Shown in pieces: positions 52,819-63,654 of a DNA stretch of 64,000 nucleotides. Under the pieces are notes generated by a model, which was given only the letters and a program-made list of their open reading frames with translations, was not told where the DNA came from and ran no database searches. The stretch spans positions 192,001-256,000 of the forward strand of contig CBDCTZ010000015.1 of NCBI GenBank assembly GCA_965222375.1, read 5' to 3'. Made by a program: the position numbers and the translations under genes. The stretch is from Polyangiaceae bacterium (GTDB lineage: Bacteria > Myxococcota_A > Polyangia > Polyangiales > Polyangiaceae). Each line of letters opens with the position of its first letter. The first letter of the stretch is position 1.

Positions 52819-54231
52819 TCAAAACGCTTTGCACGTCGGAAAGAAGCTCAGCGCCAAACTGCTCGACTTGATGGTGCCGCAGGCGCGTTTGCAGATGCCG
52901 CTTGCGGTCTTGCCCTGGCAGCAGTTGTTGACCGCGTCGATGAAGGGCTGGGCGCCGGGGATGCCAGGGCCGCACTGGGCCGTGCCAAACGCCGTATCGA
53001 AGCAGGCGACCACAGCAGCGTCGCTGGCGTCCGCGACCGCGTCTGCTTCACACTGCGGGATGCAGTTGGTACAGCTAGTGTTGCCGGGCCCGCTAAAACC
53101 AAGTGCCGTAAGCTGAGGCCCGAGTGGCCCTGACACAGTAGCGTTTTCAGCCACGCAGTCGCCGATGAACTGACAATAGTTTTGACAGCCGCTTGTCGTG
53201 GATGGGCCACAAATCACACTGGTGCCCGTGGGCGGCGGAACCACATCGGTGCCGCAAGACACAGCGGGAGTCGGCGGCTGAGCCAGCTGCCAGGGGCTGG
53301 CGTCCGTTAGCCCTTTAGGATGCGCGAGCAAGAAGTCGACCATCCAATCGTTCGCCGGCGAGAGCCACGCGTGACCCACGTTGGCGCCCTTGCACCAAGC
53401 CTGTTCGACCTTGGGTGCACCTTCGTAGAACGCACTTGCGATCGCCGCTTGTTCGACGAAATTGAACGTGGGCAAATTGACGCCACTCGCGCTTCCGCTG
53501 TACGCGTCGTTGTCTCCGCCCCAAGTAACAAGCACGCTCAATGCGTCGAGTTCGGCCTTGGGGCTGGGCGACGTGGTGTCAAAAACCCCCGAAGCAACGA
53601 TGCCGCCCGCGAGTAGCTGGCTGCGGCGCTGCAAGATATGATTGGAGATGATGCCGCCGGCCGAGTGGCCAGCGACATAAATCCGATTCTGGTCGACCTC
53701 TTGATGGGCGGCCGTGCACGCAAGCAGCGCGTCCATCAAATCGAGGTCGGGATTCGGATCGTTCTCCGTACCCGGCACCCGGAGACCATCCCACACGGGC
53801 CAGATCGCTCCGTTGCCGTTGCTATCTGGCGCGATCACGATGAAGCCGCGGTTGACGAAACTGCCACCCTGAGCCCGATTGAAAATGATCTGGCCACTCT
53901 CCCCCGTGCCGTTGAACAGCACGAGCACTGGCCGCGGCCCGGAGAAGGTCGCCTCGGGCAGCGAGAGCCAAAAGCCACGGGATTGCCCAGCCGCGATGAA
54001 CGCACTGTGCTGACCGCTCTGCACCGGATTCTCGAACCCTGCGGGGCAGGCGTTGATGTCGCCCGCCAAACGCACCGCCGGCACGGCGTCGTAGTAGGGG
54101 TCGCCCGTGCTCGTTCCGCCCGTACCGGTCACCCCGCCGGTGCCGCCCGCGCCACCGCCTGGCCCACTGTTGTCGCTACTACTGCCGCAAGCCAGATTCA
54201 GACAGGCCGCGAAAGCACCCAGCAAGTACAT
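52819..54231 (-). CDS. lipoprotein esterase (LpqC/PHB depolymerase-like) with Cys-rich tail
   Basis: NLAC lipobox; VDQNRIYVAGHSAGG, WGGDND, GHAW. Confidence 0.82.
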   Translation of the reverse strand: MYLLGAFAACLNLACGSSSDNSGPGGGAGGTGGVTGTGGTSTGDPYYDAVPAVRLAGDINACPAGFENPVQSGQHSAFIAAGQSRGFWLSLPEATFSGPRPVLVLFNGTGESGQIIFNRAQGGSFVNRGFIVIAPDSNGNGAIWPVWDGLRVPGTENDPNPDLDLMDALLACTAAHQEVDQNRIYVAGHSAGGIISNHILQRRSQLLAGGIVASGVFDTTSPSPKAELDALSVLVTWGGDNDAYSGSASGVNLPTFNFVEQAAIASAFYEGAPKVEQAWCKGANVGHAWLSPANDWMVDFLLAHPKGLTDASPWQLAQPPTPAVSCGTDVVPPPTGTSVICGPSTTSGCQNYCQFIGDCVAENATVSGPLGPQLTALGFSGPGNTSCTNCIPQCEADAVADASDAAVVACFDTAFGTAQCGPGIPGAQPFIDAVNNCCQGKTASGICKRACGTIKSSSLALSFFPTCKAF

Positions 54232-54370
54232 CCGTCGCACGGGCCGCGCTCTAGCACGGTCTGGCGCCCGCAGCCGCCCTCGGGGACAGCTCGTTGACGG
54301 CCCGCGGGCACTGGCCCAACGTGCAGCGCTTCCCTTTTGGGTCAAAGTCCAATAAGCGTCTCGGTTCCGC

Positions 54371-55231
54371 ATGAAGATCGTCGACAAGCTCCGCAGCGAC
54401 AAGCCCGCGTTTTCTTTCGAATTTTTTCCGCCCAAGAACGAGGCCGGCAAAGATCGTCTGTTCGAAACCGTGAAGCATCTGGCGCCCTACGAGCCGACCT
54501 TCGTGAGCGTGACCTACGGCGCCGGGGGCAGCACCCGCAAGCTCACTCTGGAGCTGGTGACGCAGATCGAGCGCGCGGAAGGCCTCGACGCCATGGCGCA
54601 TCTGACCTGCGTGGGCGCGACCAAGGACGAGATCCGCGAGATCCTCGACGAGCTGGCTGCCTCCGGCGTCGAAAACGTGCTGGCGCTGCGCGGCGACCCA
54701 CCGAAGGGCCAGGAGCAATTCGTGGTCACCGAAGGGGGCTTCGCCCACGCTTCGGAGCTGGCCGCGTTCATGAAAGCGAATTGGACGTTCTGCATCGGCG
54801 GCGCCTGTTACCCGGAGGTCCACCCGGAGGCCACGGATCCGGAAACGGACATGAGGCACCTCAAAGCGAAGGTAGACGCGGGCGTCGAATTCCTCGTCAC
54901 CCAGTTGTTCTTCGACGAAAAGGACTACTTCGCGTTTGTGAAGCGGGCGCGAGACGGTGGCATCAGCTGCCCGATTTTGGCCGGCATCATGCCGATCACG
55001 AACCTGAACCAGGTCAAGCGCTTCACCAAGATGTGCGGCGCGAACATTCCAGCACCGTTGCTCGCAGACTTGGAGGCCACCGGCGGCGAAGCGGATGCCG
55101 TGAGCAAGATCGGTGTGGAGCACGCCACGGCGCAGTGTCGCGCGTTGCTCGACGGCGGCGCTCCTGGGATCCACTTCTATACGCTGAACCGCTCGCCCGC
55201 GACCGTTCGCATCATGGAAGCGTTGCGCTGA
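54371..55231 (+). CDS. metF: methylenetetrahydrofolate reductase
   Basis: SFEFFPPK, VSVTYGAGGS, AHLTC, LALRGDPP, YPEVH, TQLFFD, HFYTLN. Confidence 0.97.
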   Translation: MKIVDKLRSDKPAFSFEFFPPKNEAGKDRLFETVKHLAPYEPTFVSVTYGAGGSTRKLTLELVTQIERAEGLDAMAHLTCVGATKDEIREILDELAASGVENVLALRGDPPKGQEQFVVTEGGFAHASELAAFMKANWTFCIGGACYPEVHPEATDPETDMRHLKAKVDAGVEFLVTQLFFDEKDYFAFVKRARDGGISCPILAGIMPITNLNQVKRFTKMCGANIPAPLLADLEATGGEADAVSKIGVEHATAQCRALLDGGAPGIHFYTLNRSPATVRIMEALR

Positions 55232-55357
55232 GCCTGTGGGCTCGGGCCAACACACCGGCTGCGCTGACAGCGGGTTCCCGCAAATCCACCTCACAGAGGC
55301 GGGCCGGTCGCGAAAAGCTTTTGCTTTTCTGCGCCCATCCCGCGCAGACTACGCCCC

Positions 55358-56341
55358 ATGCAACAGGGGCAAATCGGGGGCAACGTCGGTCCGTTCACGG
55401 ATCCGGCCATGGGCGGTCAGGTCAGCGGAAAGCTCTATGGCACGTTCACCTATACCGCGGCGGGCGATGTCAGCGCGGCCTTGCCGCAGGTGCAAGCGCG
55501 GTTGTTGCAAACCATCAACAACCTCTTGGGCCAGAAGCTCGCCTCGCAGCAGGTCGCGGTACAGACAATGCCGGGCAGCCTGCCCTACTACACCCAAGAG
55601 ATCCTGTCGCAGTGCCAGACCCAAGATCTCGGGGTAACCGTTTCGGATCTGCAGCTCCAACTGCAACTGGACGCACCACCCCCTGGCGCAGCTCCACCCA
55701 TGGGCGCGATGCCGCCCACGCCGATGGAGTCCATGAAGAACGCCTTCGCCCAAGAGGCCGAAGAGCGCATGGACCCGAGCAACTACAACGTCAAAGCCAA
55801 GATCAAGGTGGGCGGGTTCAACATCAATGCCAGCACCGACGAGGGTTTGGACGCAGACGGCCTCGGCAAGCAAGCCGTCGACAAGGTGAAGTCCAACGTC
55901 ATCTGGTACGTCGGCGGTTGTCTCGTCGTTGGCCTGGTGCTCGCGCTCGTTGGCGGCATCATCTTGTGGGCCGTAGTCTTCTCGGACTCGGGCAGTACTG
56001 CCTCTGCGGGTGGTGGAAAAGCCGCCGCCTGGGACGGCAAGAGCACCTTCGTCTGCAAGGGCAACGACAAGGTCGCACTGAGCGGCGTCTCCGCAAGCCT
56101 CTCCAGCGGCAGCGCCATCAAGGCCAGCTCGAACTGTCGCCTGACGCTGACCAACGTGACCATCTCCGCCCCTGTGGGCATCGAGGCCAGCGGTAATGCT
56201 CGCGTCACGGTCGCCGGCGGCGCCATCACCGGCAGCGAGGCGGCGGCGAAGGCCAGCGGCCTCGCAAAGATCACCTTTTCGGGCACGACCGTGACCGGGA
56301 AGAAGGACGCCAAGAAGCCCGCGACCATCACCGGGCCCTAG
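55358..56341 (+). CDS. hypothetical single-TM protein with beta-repeat C-terminus
   Basis: TM at ~aa 185-210; repeated IxASGNxxV motifs. Confidence 0.7.
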   Translation: MQQGQIGGNVGPFTDPAMGGQVSGKLYGTFTYTAAGDVSAALPQVQARLLQTINNLLGQKLASQQVAVQTMPGSLPYYTQEILSQCQTQDLGVTVSDLQLQLQLDAPPPGAAPPMGAMPPTPMESMKNAFAQEAEERMDPSNYNVKAKIKVGGFNINASTDEGLDADGLGKQAVDKVKSNVIWYVGGCLVVGLVLALVGGIILWAVVFSDSGSTASAGGGKAAAWDGKSTFVCKGNDKVALSGVSASLSSGSAIKASSNCRLTLTNVTISAPVGIEASGNARVTVAGGAITGSEAAAKASGLAKITFSGTTVTGKKDAKKPATITGP

Positions 56342-56504
56342 TCCGCCACAAGACCCAGCCGCACCAGCCTCTGATCGTTGTTGGTTTTGGGGTCGCGGCT
56401 TTTTGCGGCACTGGGCCGCTACTCTCGCCTCGGGCCAATGCGTGGCGGGTGAAACAACCGGGCGAGCTGAAATCCCTGTTCCGGGAACGTGCTAGTCTTC
56501 CCTC

Positions 56505-57413
56505 ATGCGCGTGGCGGGTCATTGGTTTGCGATCGCCCTATGGCTCGCAGCATGCTCGACTCCGAAGTTCGAGACCGAAGACCACGAAGGCGACGCAAGC
56601 GCAGGCAGCGGCGGCGTGGCCGCGGCGGGCGGTAGTGGAGGCGCTGTGGGCGGCGCGGGCGGCGGCGGCATGGTGGGCAGTCAGCTCGAAGCGGGCCTCG
56701 GGGGCAGCGGCGGCCTGCTCGATTCAGGGCCCGGCGGCAGCGGTGGCTCCGCACTGAGCACCGGGCTCGACTCCGGTGCGGACGCAAACTGCACATTGGG
56801 TCTTCCTGTGACCACACCATGGCGCAGCCCGACCGTTACAGACAACGCCGGCAACGGTGGCCCGTGGAACATTCCGGCCAACGCGCAGGCGCACGACAAC
56901 AACGACACCTGGGCAGCGGTCGCCCCCGGCTCCATGACGACGAAACGCCTCCGCGCGCGTGGGTTCGACCTCAAGATCCCCGACGGCTCAGTCATTGAAG
57001 GCGTAGCAGCGAAGTTCCGTCGAGAGGCGCAGGGGTTCAGCGTGAGAGACTTTTCGGTCCACCTGCTCAAGGGCGGAGTGGTAGCAGGCGACAACAAGGC
57101 CAACACAAGCAAAAATTGGGACGACGTCTACTTGAGCCCGACCTATGGCGGGGCCAATGACCTCTGGGGCGAGACCTGGTCAGTCAAAGACGTCAACGCG
57201 ACCAGCTTTGGTGTAGCGATAGCCGCACAGTGCGGGGTGAACTGCACTTCGGATCAGGCCCGGATCGATCATGTCCAAGTGCGAGTCACGTATCGCGCGT
57301 GCAAGCCATCCACGAGCCGGTCAGCCAACGCAGTGCGCAACGCGGGCACCGCGCCGACTGTCGATGACGCCGAGGTCCGACACATACCCCCCAAAAACCA
57401 ACCGACTACCTGA
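56505..57413 (+). CDS. hypothetical lipoprotein
   Basis: LAAC lipobox; GFDLKIPDGSVIEGV, TYGGANDLWG, ARIDHVQVRVTY. Confidence 0.8.
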   Translation: MRVAGHWFAIALWLAACSTPKFETEDHEGDASAGSGGVAAAGGSGGAVGGAGGGGMVGSQLEAGLGGSGGLLDSGPGGSGGSALSTGLDSGADANCTLGLPVTTPWRSPTVTDNAGNGGPWNIPANAQAHDNNDTWAAVAPGSMTTKRLRARGFDLKIPDGSVIEGVAAKFRREAQGFSVRDFSVHLLKGGVVAGDNKANTSKNWDDVYLSPTYGGANDLWGETWSVKDVNATSFGVAIAAQCGVNCTSDQARIDHVQVRVTYRACKPSTSRSANAVRNAGTAPTVDDAEVRHIPPKNQPTT

Positions 57414-57482
57414 GGGGCTGCGACCCACTCCAGCTTTCCATGGCGAGTCGGTACTCTCCCCGTACCGGCCAACACACCGCAC

Positions 57483-59003
57483 TCACACCAAGCGTTCAGC
57501 CAGGAGCTTCGCCAACTCGGGCTTCTTCACCTTGCCCACGGGGTTGCGCGGGAAGTCATCCAGCACGACGACGCGCTTGGGCACCTTGTACGCGGCAATG
57601 CGTTCTTTGCAGAAGTTGCGCACGGCGTCTTCGCCTAAGTCGGACTCGGCGCCGGGCTCGGCCAAGAGGGCCGCCACCGCAATCTCGCCCCAGGTCTCAT
57701 CCTCCAGGCCCACGACTGCCACGTCGCGCACAGCCCGATGCTCCCGGAGTACTTCCTCGATTTCCAGGGCGCTGAGCTTGTAGCCACCGCTCTTCAGGAT
57801 GTCGACGCTGGTGCGACCCAGGATCTTGATGTAGCCCGCGTCTAGGTAGGTCGCGGTGTCGCCACTCTTGAACCAGCCGTCCTCAAACGCGCTCTGGGTC
57901 GCTTCGGGATTCTCGTCGTAGCCCAAGAACACGCTTGGACCTTGGATCCAGATCTCACCGGGCTCGCCAGGTGCGACATCCTTGCCGTCCTCACTCACGA
58001 TGCGGATCTGCATGCCCGGCAGTGTCTGCCCACAACTCCCGGGCACCCGAGGACCAGCGATGGGATTGCTGCTACCGACTCCGATCTCGGTCATTCCGAA
58101 GCGCTCGAGGGGATAGTTCCCGGTCAGCTCCCGAATGCGGTCGCCCACGGTGACCGGCAACGCGGCCGAGCCGCTGGTCACCAAACGCAGTCCCGCAGCG
58201 TGGGTACGGAAGCGGGCTTGCTCCGATTCGTCTTCGGCGTCGAAGGCGTCGAGCAGCTTCTTGTGCATCGTTGGCACGCCCATCAGCACGCTGGAGTGCC
58301 GCATCTCTTCCCACATCCGCAACGCGTCGAACTTCTGAAGCATGCGCGTCGTGCTACCGGCTAGCAGGGACACGAACAGCGCGATGCCGAGACCATGCAG
58401 GTGGTGCAATGGCAGGCAGTGCAAGAGCACGTCGTCTTCGGTCCACTCCCAGGCAGAAGCCACCATGGACGCCAGGGTCGCAAGGTTGTCGTGGCTAATC
58501 AGCGCACCCTTGGGTTTGCCGGTGGTGCCACTGGTGTAGAGGATGACCGCCACATCGCTCCCGCTCGCGGCGGCTGGAGCTGCGGGAGGGTTCGAGCGCA
58601 CCGACTCGATTTCGATCACGGGCAGCGCCCAGATCTCCTTCATGTGGTCGACGTGCTCCGAACTCGCCAAGGCCACAGCGGCGCGCGAAGCTTCTACGAA
58701 CCAGCGCTGCTCGGGCAGGGGGTGCAGGTGACTCAGGGGAACCGCGACGCAATCCGCGAGCACGCAGCCGAAGAAGCCCTCGAGCCATGGCGAGCCTTGG
58801 CGGGAGAGTAGGGCGACGCGCTTGCCACGAAGTCGCCGGCGGGTGAGTTCCGCAGCGACACTTTCGGCACGACGCAGCAGCTCGGAAAAGGCGACGGTTT
58901 CATGGTCATCGACCACCGCGGCGTGATTGCCGCGCCGCGTCGCAATGTCGCGAAACTGCCCACAGAGCAAGCTGGCGGTCATGAGCGGCCAGGGTCGTGA
59001 CAT
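57483..59003 (-). CDS. acyl-CoA synthetase, malonyl-CoA synthetase (MatB/ACSF3)-like
   Basis: YTSGTTGKPKG, LPLHHLHGL, SGSAAL, ERFGMTE, DILKSGGYKLSALEIE. Confidence 0.9.
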   Translation of the reverse strand: MSRPWPLMTASLLCGQFRDIATRRGNHAAVVDDHETVAFSELLRRAESVAAELTRRRLRGKRVALLSRQGSPWLEGFFGCVLADCVAVPLSHLHPLPEQRWFVEASRAAVALASSEHVDHMKEIWALPVIEIESVRSNPPAAPAAASGSDVAVILYTSGTTGKPKGALISHDNLATLASMVASAWEWTEDDVLLHCLPLHHLHGLGIALFVSLLAGSTTRMLQKFDALRMWEEMRHSSVLMGVPTMHKKLLDAFDAEDESEQARFRTHAAGLRLVTSGSAALPVTVGDRIRELTGNYPLERFGMTEIGVGSSNPIAGPRVPGSCGQTLPGMQIRIVSEDGKDVAPGEPGEIWIQGPSVFLGYDENPEATQSAFEDGWFKSGDTATYLDAGYIKILGRTSVDILKSGGYKLSALEIEEVLREHRAVRDVAVVGLEDETWGEIAVAALLAEPGAESDLGEDAVRNFCKERIAAYKVPKRVVVLDDFPRNPVGKVKKPELAKLLAERLV

Positions 59004-59103
59004 GCCAATGCCGCAGCGCGCAAGAACAAATCTACGGGCTGCAGTCGCCGGCTGGCAGAAGGCTGAGTTTCGCGCCCCCGCCCACGCACGCTATGCTGCG
59101 GAC

Positions 59104-59565
59104 ATGCCCGACCCCAGTGGTGACCGTGTAGCCCGAGGCGTGCTCGTGTTGTGCGGGCTGGCGTTCCTCGCGATTGGCATCGCCTTCCTCATGACGCCGG
59201 AAAGCATGGCGGCGCATATCGGGATCACCCTGGAGGCGATCAGTGCCAAGAGTGACATTCGCGCGGTCTATGGCGGGCTCGATACGGGCTTGGGTGTGTT
59301 CTTTTTGGCGTGCGCCGGGCGGCGAAGCTGGGTCGGTCCCGGATTGTTCGCAGCAATGCTTTGCTTCATCGGTTTGGTTGCCGGTCGGATCACCTCGCTG
59401 ACCATGGATGGCGCGCCCGGCGCCATGGTCTTTCTGCTCTTCGGAAGCGAGCTGCTGGGTGCCGTGGGAAGCGCGTGGGGTCTGTTCAGCCTGCGACCCA
59501 AGCGCGCCAAAGAAGACGAAGAGCCCGCAGGCGAAGGTCCGTCGGTCCTCGAAGCCCTGAAGTAG
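59104..59565 (+). CDS. DUF4345-like membrane protein
   Basis: DIRAVYGG, GRITSL..DG, four TM helices. Confidence 0.8.
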   Translation: MPDPSGDRVARGVLVLCGLAFLAIGIAFLMTPESMAAHIGITLEAISAKSDIRAVYGGLDTGLGVFFLACAGRRSWVGPGLFAAMLCFIGLVAGRITSLTMDGAPGAMVFLLFGSELLGAVGSAWGLFSLRPKRAKEDEEPAGEGPSVLEALK

Positions 59566-59696
59566 TCGGCAACCCGCCGGCCTGTTCAAGCTCGCCAAGT
59601 GAGTCGCGCCCGGTTCTCGCGACACACTGCAGCATCGCGCCAAACGAGTTGCGGGCTGGGTCTTGCCGCCGCACTGCCGCGCCAGCTGGGTCGGTG

Positions 59697-60635
59697 CTAC
59701 TTCGAGGGGCGCGAGCTGCGAGATCGATGCGCCTTGCGCGGTGGTCGTGGCACGCCGAGCTGGCGGTCGTGCCAGAGCAGCATGTCGAGCGTCCCCACTT
59801 CTCGTAGCCAGGGCTGATTGTGAGGACCGGGCAACACGGAAAGCGTATTTGGCACGTCCAACTTGGTCAGCTCGGCGCTGAGCGCCTTGTTCGCCTTGCG
59901 GTAGGGATCCGCACTACTGGTGCCGAAACGCAAGGCACGTGGCCCGACCCGGCGAACCGCTTCAGCCAACTTGCGCGCATAGGCAATGCCAGCGGGCGCG
60001 CCGAACGCCGACTGTACACCACCAAAGGTCCCGAACAGCTCGGGGCGACGCAGGAACACTTCGATTCCGACGTAACCGCCCAAGGAGCAGCCATCGAGGC
60101 CGACGAACTCGGGGCCGGTTCCAATGTTGGCTTTTTCCCGAGCCGCTGGCAGCAGCGTCTTTTCGATCCAATCCGTGTAGCGATCTAGGGTCTTGGCGGC
60201 GGGCTGCAGCTTGTAGGGATTCGGTGTGACCGGACAGAGCAGTGCCAAGCCGCCAAAGGCCTTGTTCTTCAAGCTAGAGTTGACCTGCTGCAAGTGCTCG
60301 TCGGTGAAGTAGCGCTGCCGCTCGAGGATCCGCGCGACGGGTGCTTCTCGAAGGCGGTCATAGCTCTTGACCAGTCCGTAGCGATCGCCCCAGGCGTGAA
60401 TGCCGAGCATCTCGTTGCCCGTTTCGCCCAGCCCGTGAAGCAAGACGAGCACCCGTAGCTTTTGCTTCGCCGGCAAGTGCTTGGGCACCAAGAGCAAGGT
60501 GCGCCGCGCCAGGCGCTTGCTGCCGTCCAGGATCAGATCGTGCTGGACCAGGTGCTTGCTTTCCGGCGTTGCCCCCAGCCCCGGACGCGCCCACGCCAGC
60601 GCGCTGGTTGCAGCAATGAACTCCCGGCGCTTCAC
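59697..60635 (-). CDS. Tat-exported alpha/beta hydrolase
   Basis: KRREFI signal; LLHGLGE, GCSLGG, PGPH. Confidence 0.82.
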   Translation of the reverse strand: MKRREFIAATSALAWARPGLGATPESKHLVQHDLILDGSKRLARRTLLLVPKHLPAKQKLRVLVLLHGLGETGNEMLGIHAWGDRYGLVKSYDRLREAPVARILERQRYFTDEHLQQVNSSLKNKAFGGLALLCPVTPNPYKLQPAAKTLDRYTDWIEKTLLPAAREKANIGTGPEFVGLDGCSLGGYVGIEVFLRRPELFGTFGGVQSAFGAPAGIAYARKLAEAVRRVGPRALRFGTSSADPYRKANKALSAELTKLDVPNTLSVLPGPHNQPWLREVGTLDMLLWHDRQLGVPRPPRKAHRSRSSRPSK

Positions 60636-60741
60636 TCGACTGCTGTAGCACAGCCCCCCGGCTGTCAGCACGTCCGCCGGAGCCTGGGCGCGTTTGTCCA
60701 GGGCCTGGCGGTCACGACTCGGGCCTAGTATCTATCGCCCA

Positions 60742-61845
60742 ATGCGCGGCGCGTGCTGGCTGAGCCTGATCCTGCTGGTACTAGCGGGCGCGTTGCTGTC
60801 TGCCCCGGCGCAGGGCCATCAGCGCGGTCGCAGCTACTGCAGCGTGCGCACAGTGCCGGGTGGCGTAGACGTCACCGTGGAGAGCCCGGGCAAGCATCTG
60901 GTGCCCATTCTCGGGCTGTCGGAAAAGGACCCCTCCGACGCGGTGCTGCTCGACGCCAAGACACGGCTGATGCAGCAGATCGAAGACCGGGTGCAGCCTC
61001 GAACTCCGGCGGGCCCGTGCCGGTTTCGTGCCGGCGCGCTGGAGATTGTGGACTTGAGCGGCGAGCGGGGTACCAGTGCCACCGCGCACTTCGATTGCGA
61101 CGAGGGGCCGGTGACTCTGCGCAATACCTTTGGCTTGGATGTCGATCCAGCGAGCGAAGTCGTCTGCGCCATCGATGGCTCTGCTTGGGTGTTCCGCATC
61201 GGGTTGGAGGAGCGCGAGATTGGGACTCCCCCGACGATGCGCGCCATGTTCGCCAGCTTTGTTCACTCCGGCGCGATTCACGTACTCGGCGGAATCGACC
61301 ATGTGCTGTTCGTAATCGCGCTACTGATCGCCGCGGCGAGAGCGACAGGCACAGAGCAATTCAAGACCGGGATCAAACGCACCACGTTGATCGTCACGGG
61401 CTTCACTCTGGGCCATTCCGTGACCCTGATCGCCGCCGGCATCGGCTGGGTGCACGTGGATTCGCGTCTCACGGAGAGCTTGATCGCTCTGAGCATCGTC
61501 GTGGTTGGCGTGGAGAACATGCTGCGCAAGAAGCCTCGCATGCGAATGCTCACCGCCACGGTCTTCGGCTTGATCCACGGCTTCGGCTTCGCAAGCGTTT
61601 TGGCCGAGACAGCCCTGCCCTCTCGCGGTCAGGTGGGTGCGCTGTTGTGCTTCAACGTGGGCATCGAACTAGCGCAGGTGGGGATCGTGCTCATCGTCTT
61701 TCCGATGCTCTGGCGCGCGGCGAAGCGTGGTTGGTACGAGCGCGTGCTGGCGCGACCCTTGAGCCTCAGCGTGGCGGCGCTGGCTGCCATTTGGTTCGTG
61801 AAGCGCGCCTTTGACTTGGACTTCTGGCCCTGGCTGGGTGGCTAG
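60742..61845 (+). CDS. HupE/UreJ family protein
   Basis: HVLGGIDHVLF, TGFTLGHSVTL, FGLIHGFGFA, FNVGIELAQ. Confidence 0.92.
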   Translation: MRGACWLSLILLVLAGALLSAPAQGHQRGRSYCSVRTVPGGVDVTVESPGKHLVPILGLSEKDPSDAVLLDAKTRLMQQIEDRVQPRTPAGPCRFRAGALEIVDLSGERGTSATAHFDCDEGPVTLRNTFGLDVDPASEVVCAIDGSAWVFRIGLEEREIGTPPTMRAMFASFVHSGAIHVLGGIDHVLFVIALLIAAARATGTEQFKTGIKRTTLIVTGFTLGHSVTLIAAGIGWVHVDSRLTESLIALSIVVVGVENMLRKKPRMRMLTATVFGLIHGFGFASVLAETALPSRGQVGALLCFNVGIELAQVGIVLIVFPMLWRAAKRGWYERVLARPLSLSVAALAAIWFVKRAFDLDFWPWLGG

Positions 61846-61928
61846 ACCTCCCGTTGCCGAGCCCGCGCGGGGCTCATTCGCGCTCCCAGCAATGAAGGGT
61901 GCCGCAGTAGATGTTTGCATGCGCAGGC

Positions 61929-62360
61929 TCATCTTCTATCGGAATTCGCGACATCGTCCGGCTCCGATTCCAACGCCGCTGCCGTTTCTTCGCTGGGCCC
62001 GGGCCCGCCAGCGACCTTCACCAACTCGGCATCGGAACAACGGTACACGCGCCCAAGTCCGTTGTAGCCCGAACACTTCGCGTTCGGCGGCTCGTTCTCC
62101 AAGATCACGACGAGATTGCCGCCCCGTTTGGCCGCTAGCCGCCGCATGCGCACGACCACGTCGTCTTTGCTTTTCGCGGGCTGTCGTTCATCGGTGACGA
62201 ACCATTCGCGCCCCACGGTGATCTCTTCGATCATCTCGCATGGGGGCTCAGACTTGCCCTCCACATACTTCACCTTGGCGGCCTCGGGAGTGAGCGTCTG
62301 TCGCGTAGTGATACAAGCTGGCAACACAGCCAGAAGGCCCAGAACAGTCAGAGTGCGCAT
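61929..62360 (-). CDS. small lipoprotein (DUF4156-like)
   Basis: LPAC lipobox; MRRLAAKRGGNLV...GRVYRC. Confidence 0.7.
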   Translation of the reverse strand: MRTLTVLGLLAVLPACITTRQTLTPEAAKVKYVEGKSEPPCEMIEEITVGREWFVTDERQPAKSKDDVVVRMRRLAAKRGGNLVVILENEPPNAKCSGYNGLGRVYRCSDAELVKVAGGPGPSEETAAALESEPDDVANSDRR

Positions 62361-62656
62361 GGCCCAGGAAGGCTGCGCCATCGCGACATCGGTTTCAAGG
62401 GTCGTCCGCCATGAACTTTGACGGGAAGATACCGATTCGTCTCGACGTATGGGAGTGCGCCTCGGCCGCATCATCGGTTCGTCGCACTAGCAAGAGGGCT
62501 CGACACCGCGCCAACAGCGCCCGGGCCCGATTCCAATCCAGAACCCCAATGCAGCAAGGCCGCCCGCCCCGCGCGAGGTGCCGATGACGCCGAGGGACGG
62601 CGCATCCCCGCAAACCCAGCTCGATCGGCCGAGGTTTCAGCGGCGGTAAACACCGC

Positions 62657-63568
62657 TCAGCCTTTGACGGTTCTCGGGCACTTGCCTTCTAGCAGGGGGC
62701 GGTGACGGACGATGCGCTCGGACACGAAGTCCATGAATGCACGAATGCGCGCAGACCGTCTCAAGTCGGGGTGAGTGAGGATCCACAGCGAGACGTCGAT
62801 CTCTTCGATGGGGTTGCTGCGAACCCGCACCAGGTCCGGCTCTTGATCGCCGACCGCGCACGCGAGGATCCCGACGCCCACTCCTTCTCGAATCAAATGG
62901 ATGAGGGAGCTGAAGGAGCTCACGCGCGCCGCGATGGTCGCTTTCGGGACCTGCTGCTGCATCCATTGAGCGGGACGCGCCCGGTCTCGCGGCGCGTCCC
63001 AACCGATCCAAACGTGGTCTTCGAGCGGGCGACGCCTCGGCGCGCGCTTCAGGTATTTCGGCGACGCATAGATCGCTGTCCGGAACGCGGCGAGGCGCCG
63101 CCCGACGAGTTCGTTCGGGGGCTTGTCAGTGGACCGCAACGCGACATCCGCCTGCCTCTTGGAAAAGTCGACCAATTGGCCTGCCTCCACGACCTCGATA
63201 GCGATCTCTGGATACGTTTCGCAGAACGCGGCGAAGGGCTCGGCCAGAAAGGGCATGATCGAGTCCAAAATGCCAACGCGCACGACGCCCGCAGGCCGCA
63301 GGCTCTCCGCCATCGCCCGCCGGGCCGCATTGCCGATCACGTCCTCGACTTCTTCTGCGGCTCGGACGATCTCCTCCGCGGCGGGCGTGAGTAGGTAGCC
63401 CTCGGTCGTCCGCAGGAAGAGCGTCGTGCCCAGCTTGGCTTCCAGCGATGCGATGCGCCGGGCAACCGTCTGGTGACTGACCTTCAACTGCGACGCGCCC
63501 TTCCGCACCGACCCCGCTTCGGCAACGGCACGTACGAAGCGCAAATCGTCCCAATTCAGCTGGTCCAT
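62657..63568 (-). CDS. LysR family regulator
   Basis: NWDDLRF..VAEAGS, TVARRIASLE..LG..LFLR, ADVALR. Confidence 0.95.
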   Translation of the reverse strand: MDQLNWDDLRFVRAVAEAGSVRKGASQLKVSHQTVARRIASLEAKLGTTLFLRTTEGYLLTPAAEEIVRAAEEVEDVIGNAARRAMAESLRPAGVVRVGILDSIMPFLAEPFAAFCETYPEIAIEVVEAGQLVDFSKRQADVALRSTDKPPNELVGRRLAAFRTAIYASPKYLKRAPRRRPLEDHVWIGWDAPRDRARPAQWMQQQVPKATIAARVSSFSSLIHLIREGVGVGILACAVGDQEPDLVRVRSNPIEEIDVSLWILTHPDLRRSARIRAFMDFVSERIVRHRPLLEGKCPRTVKG

Positions 63569-63654
63569 TCTTGGACCACTCTATGCCTAGAAATGGCGAC
63601 TTGTCGACCAGCGGCGGACCGCTAGCTTCTCTCCATCAACCGGAAGGAATCAAG

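Noticed and set aside
54240..54370. SAM or SAH riboswitch upstream of metF
   Set aside because: Only short fragments match; the SAH-like words are on the wrong strand and core elements are missing
54337..56196. Long alternative-frame ORFs (e.g. 54337-56196, 12199-13836, 42931-44256)
   Set aside because: Arg/Pro-rich shadows of well-supported genes, expected at high GC
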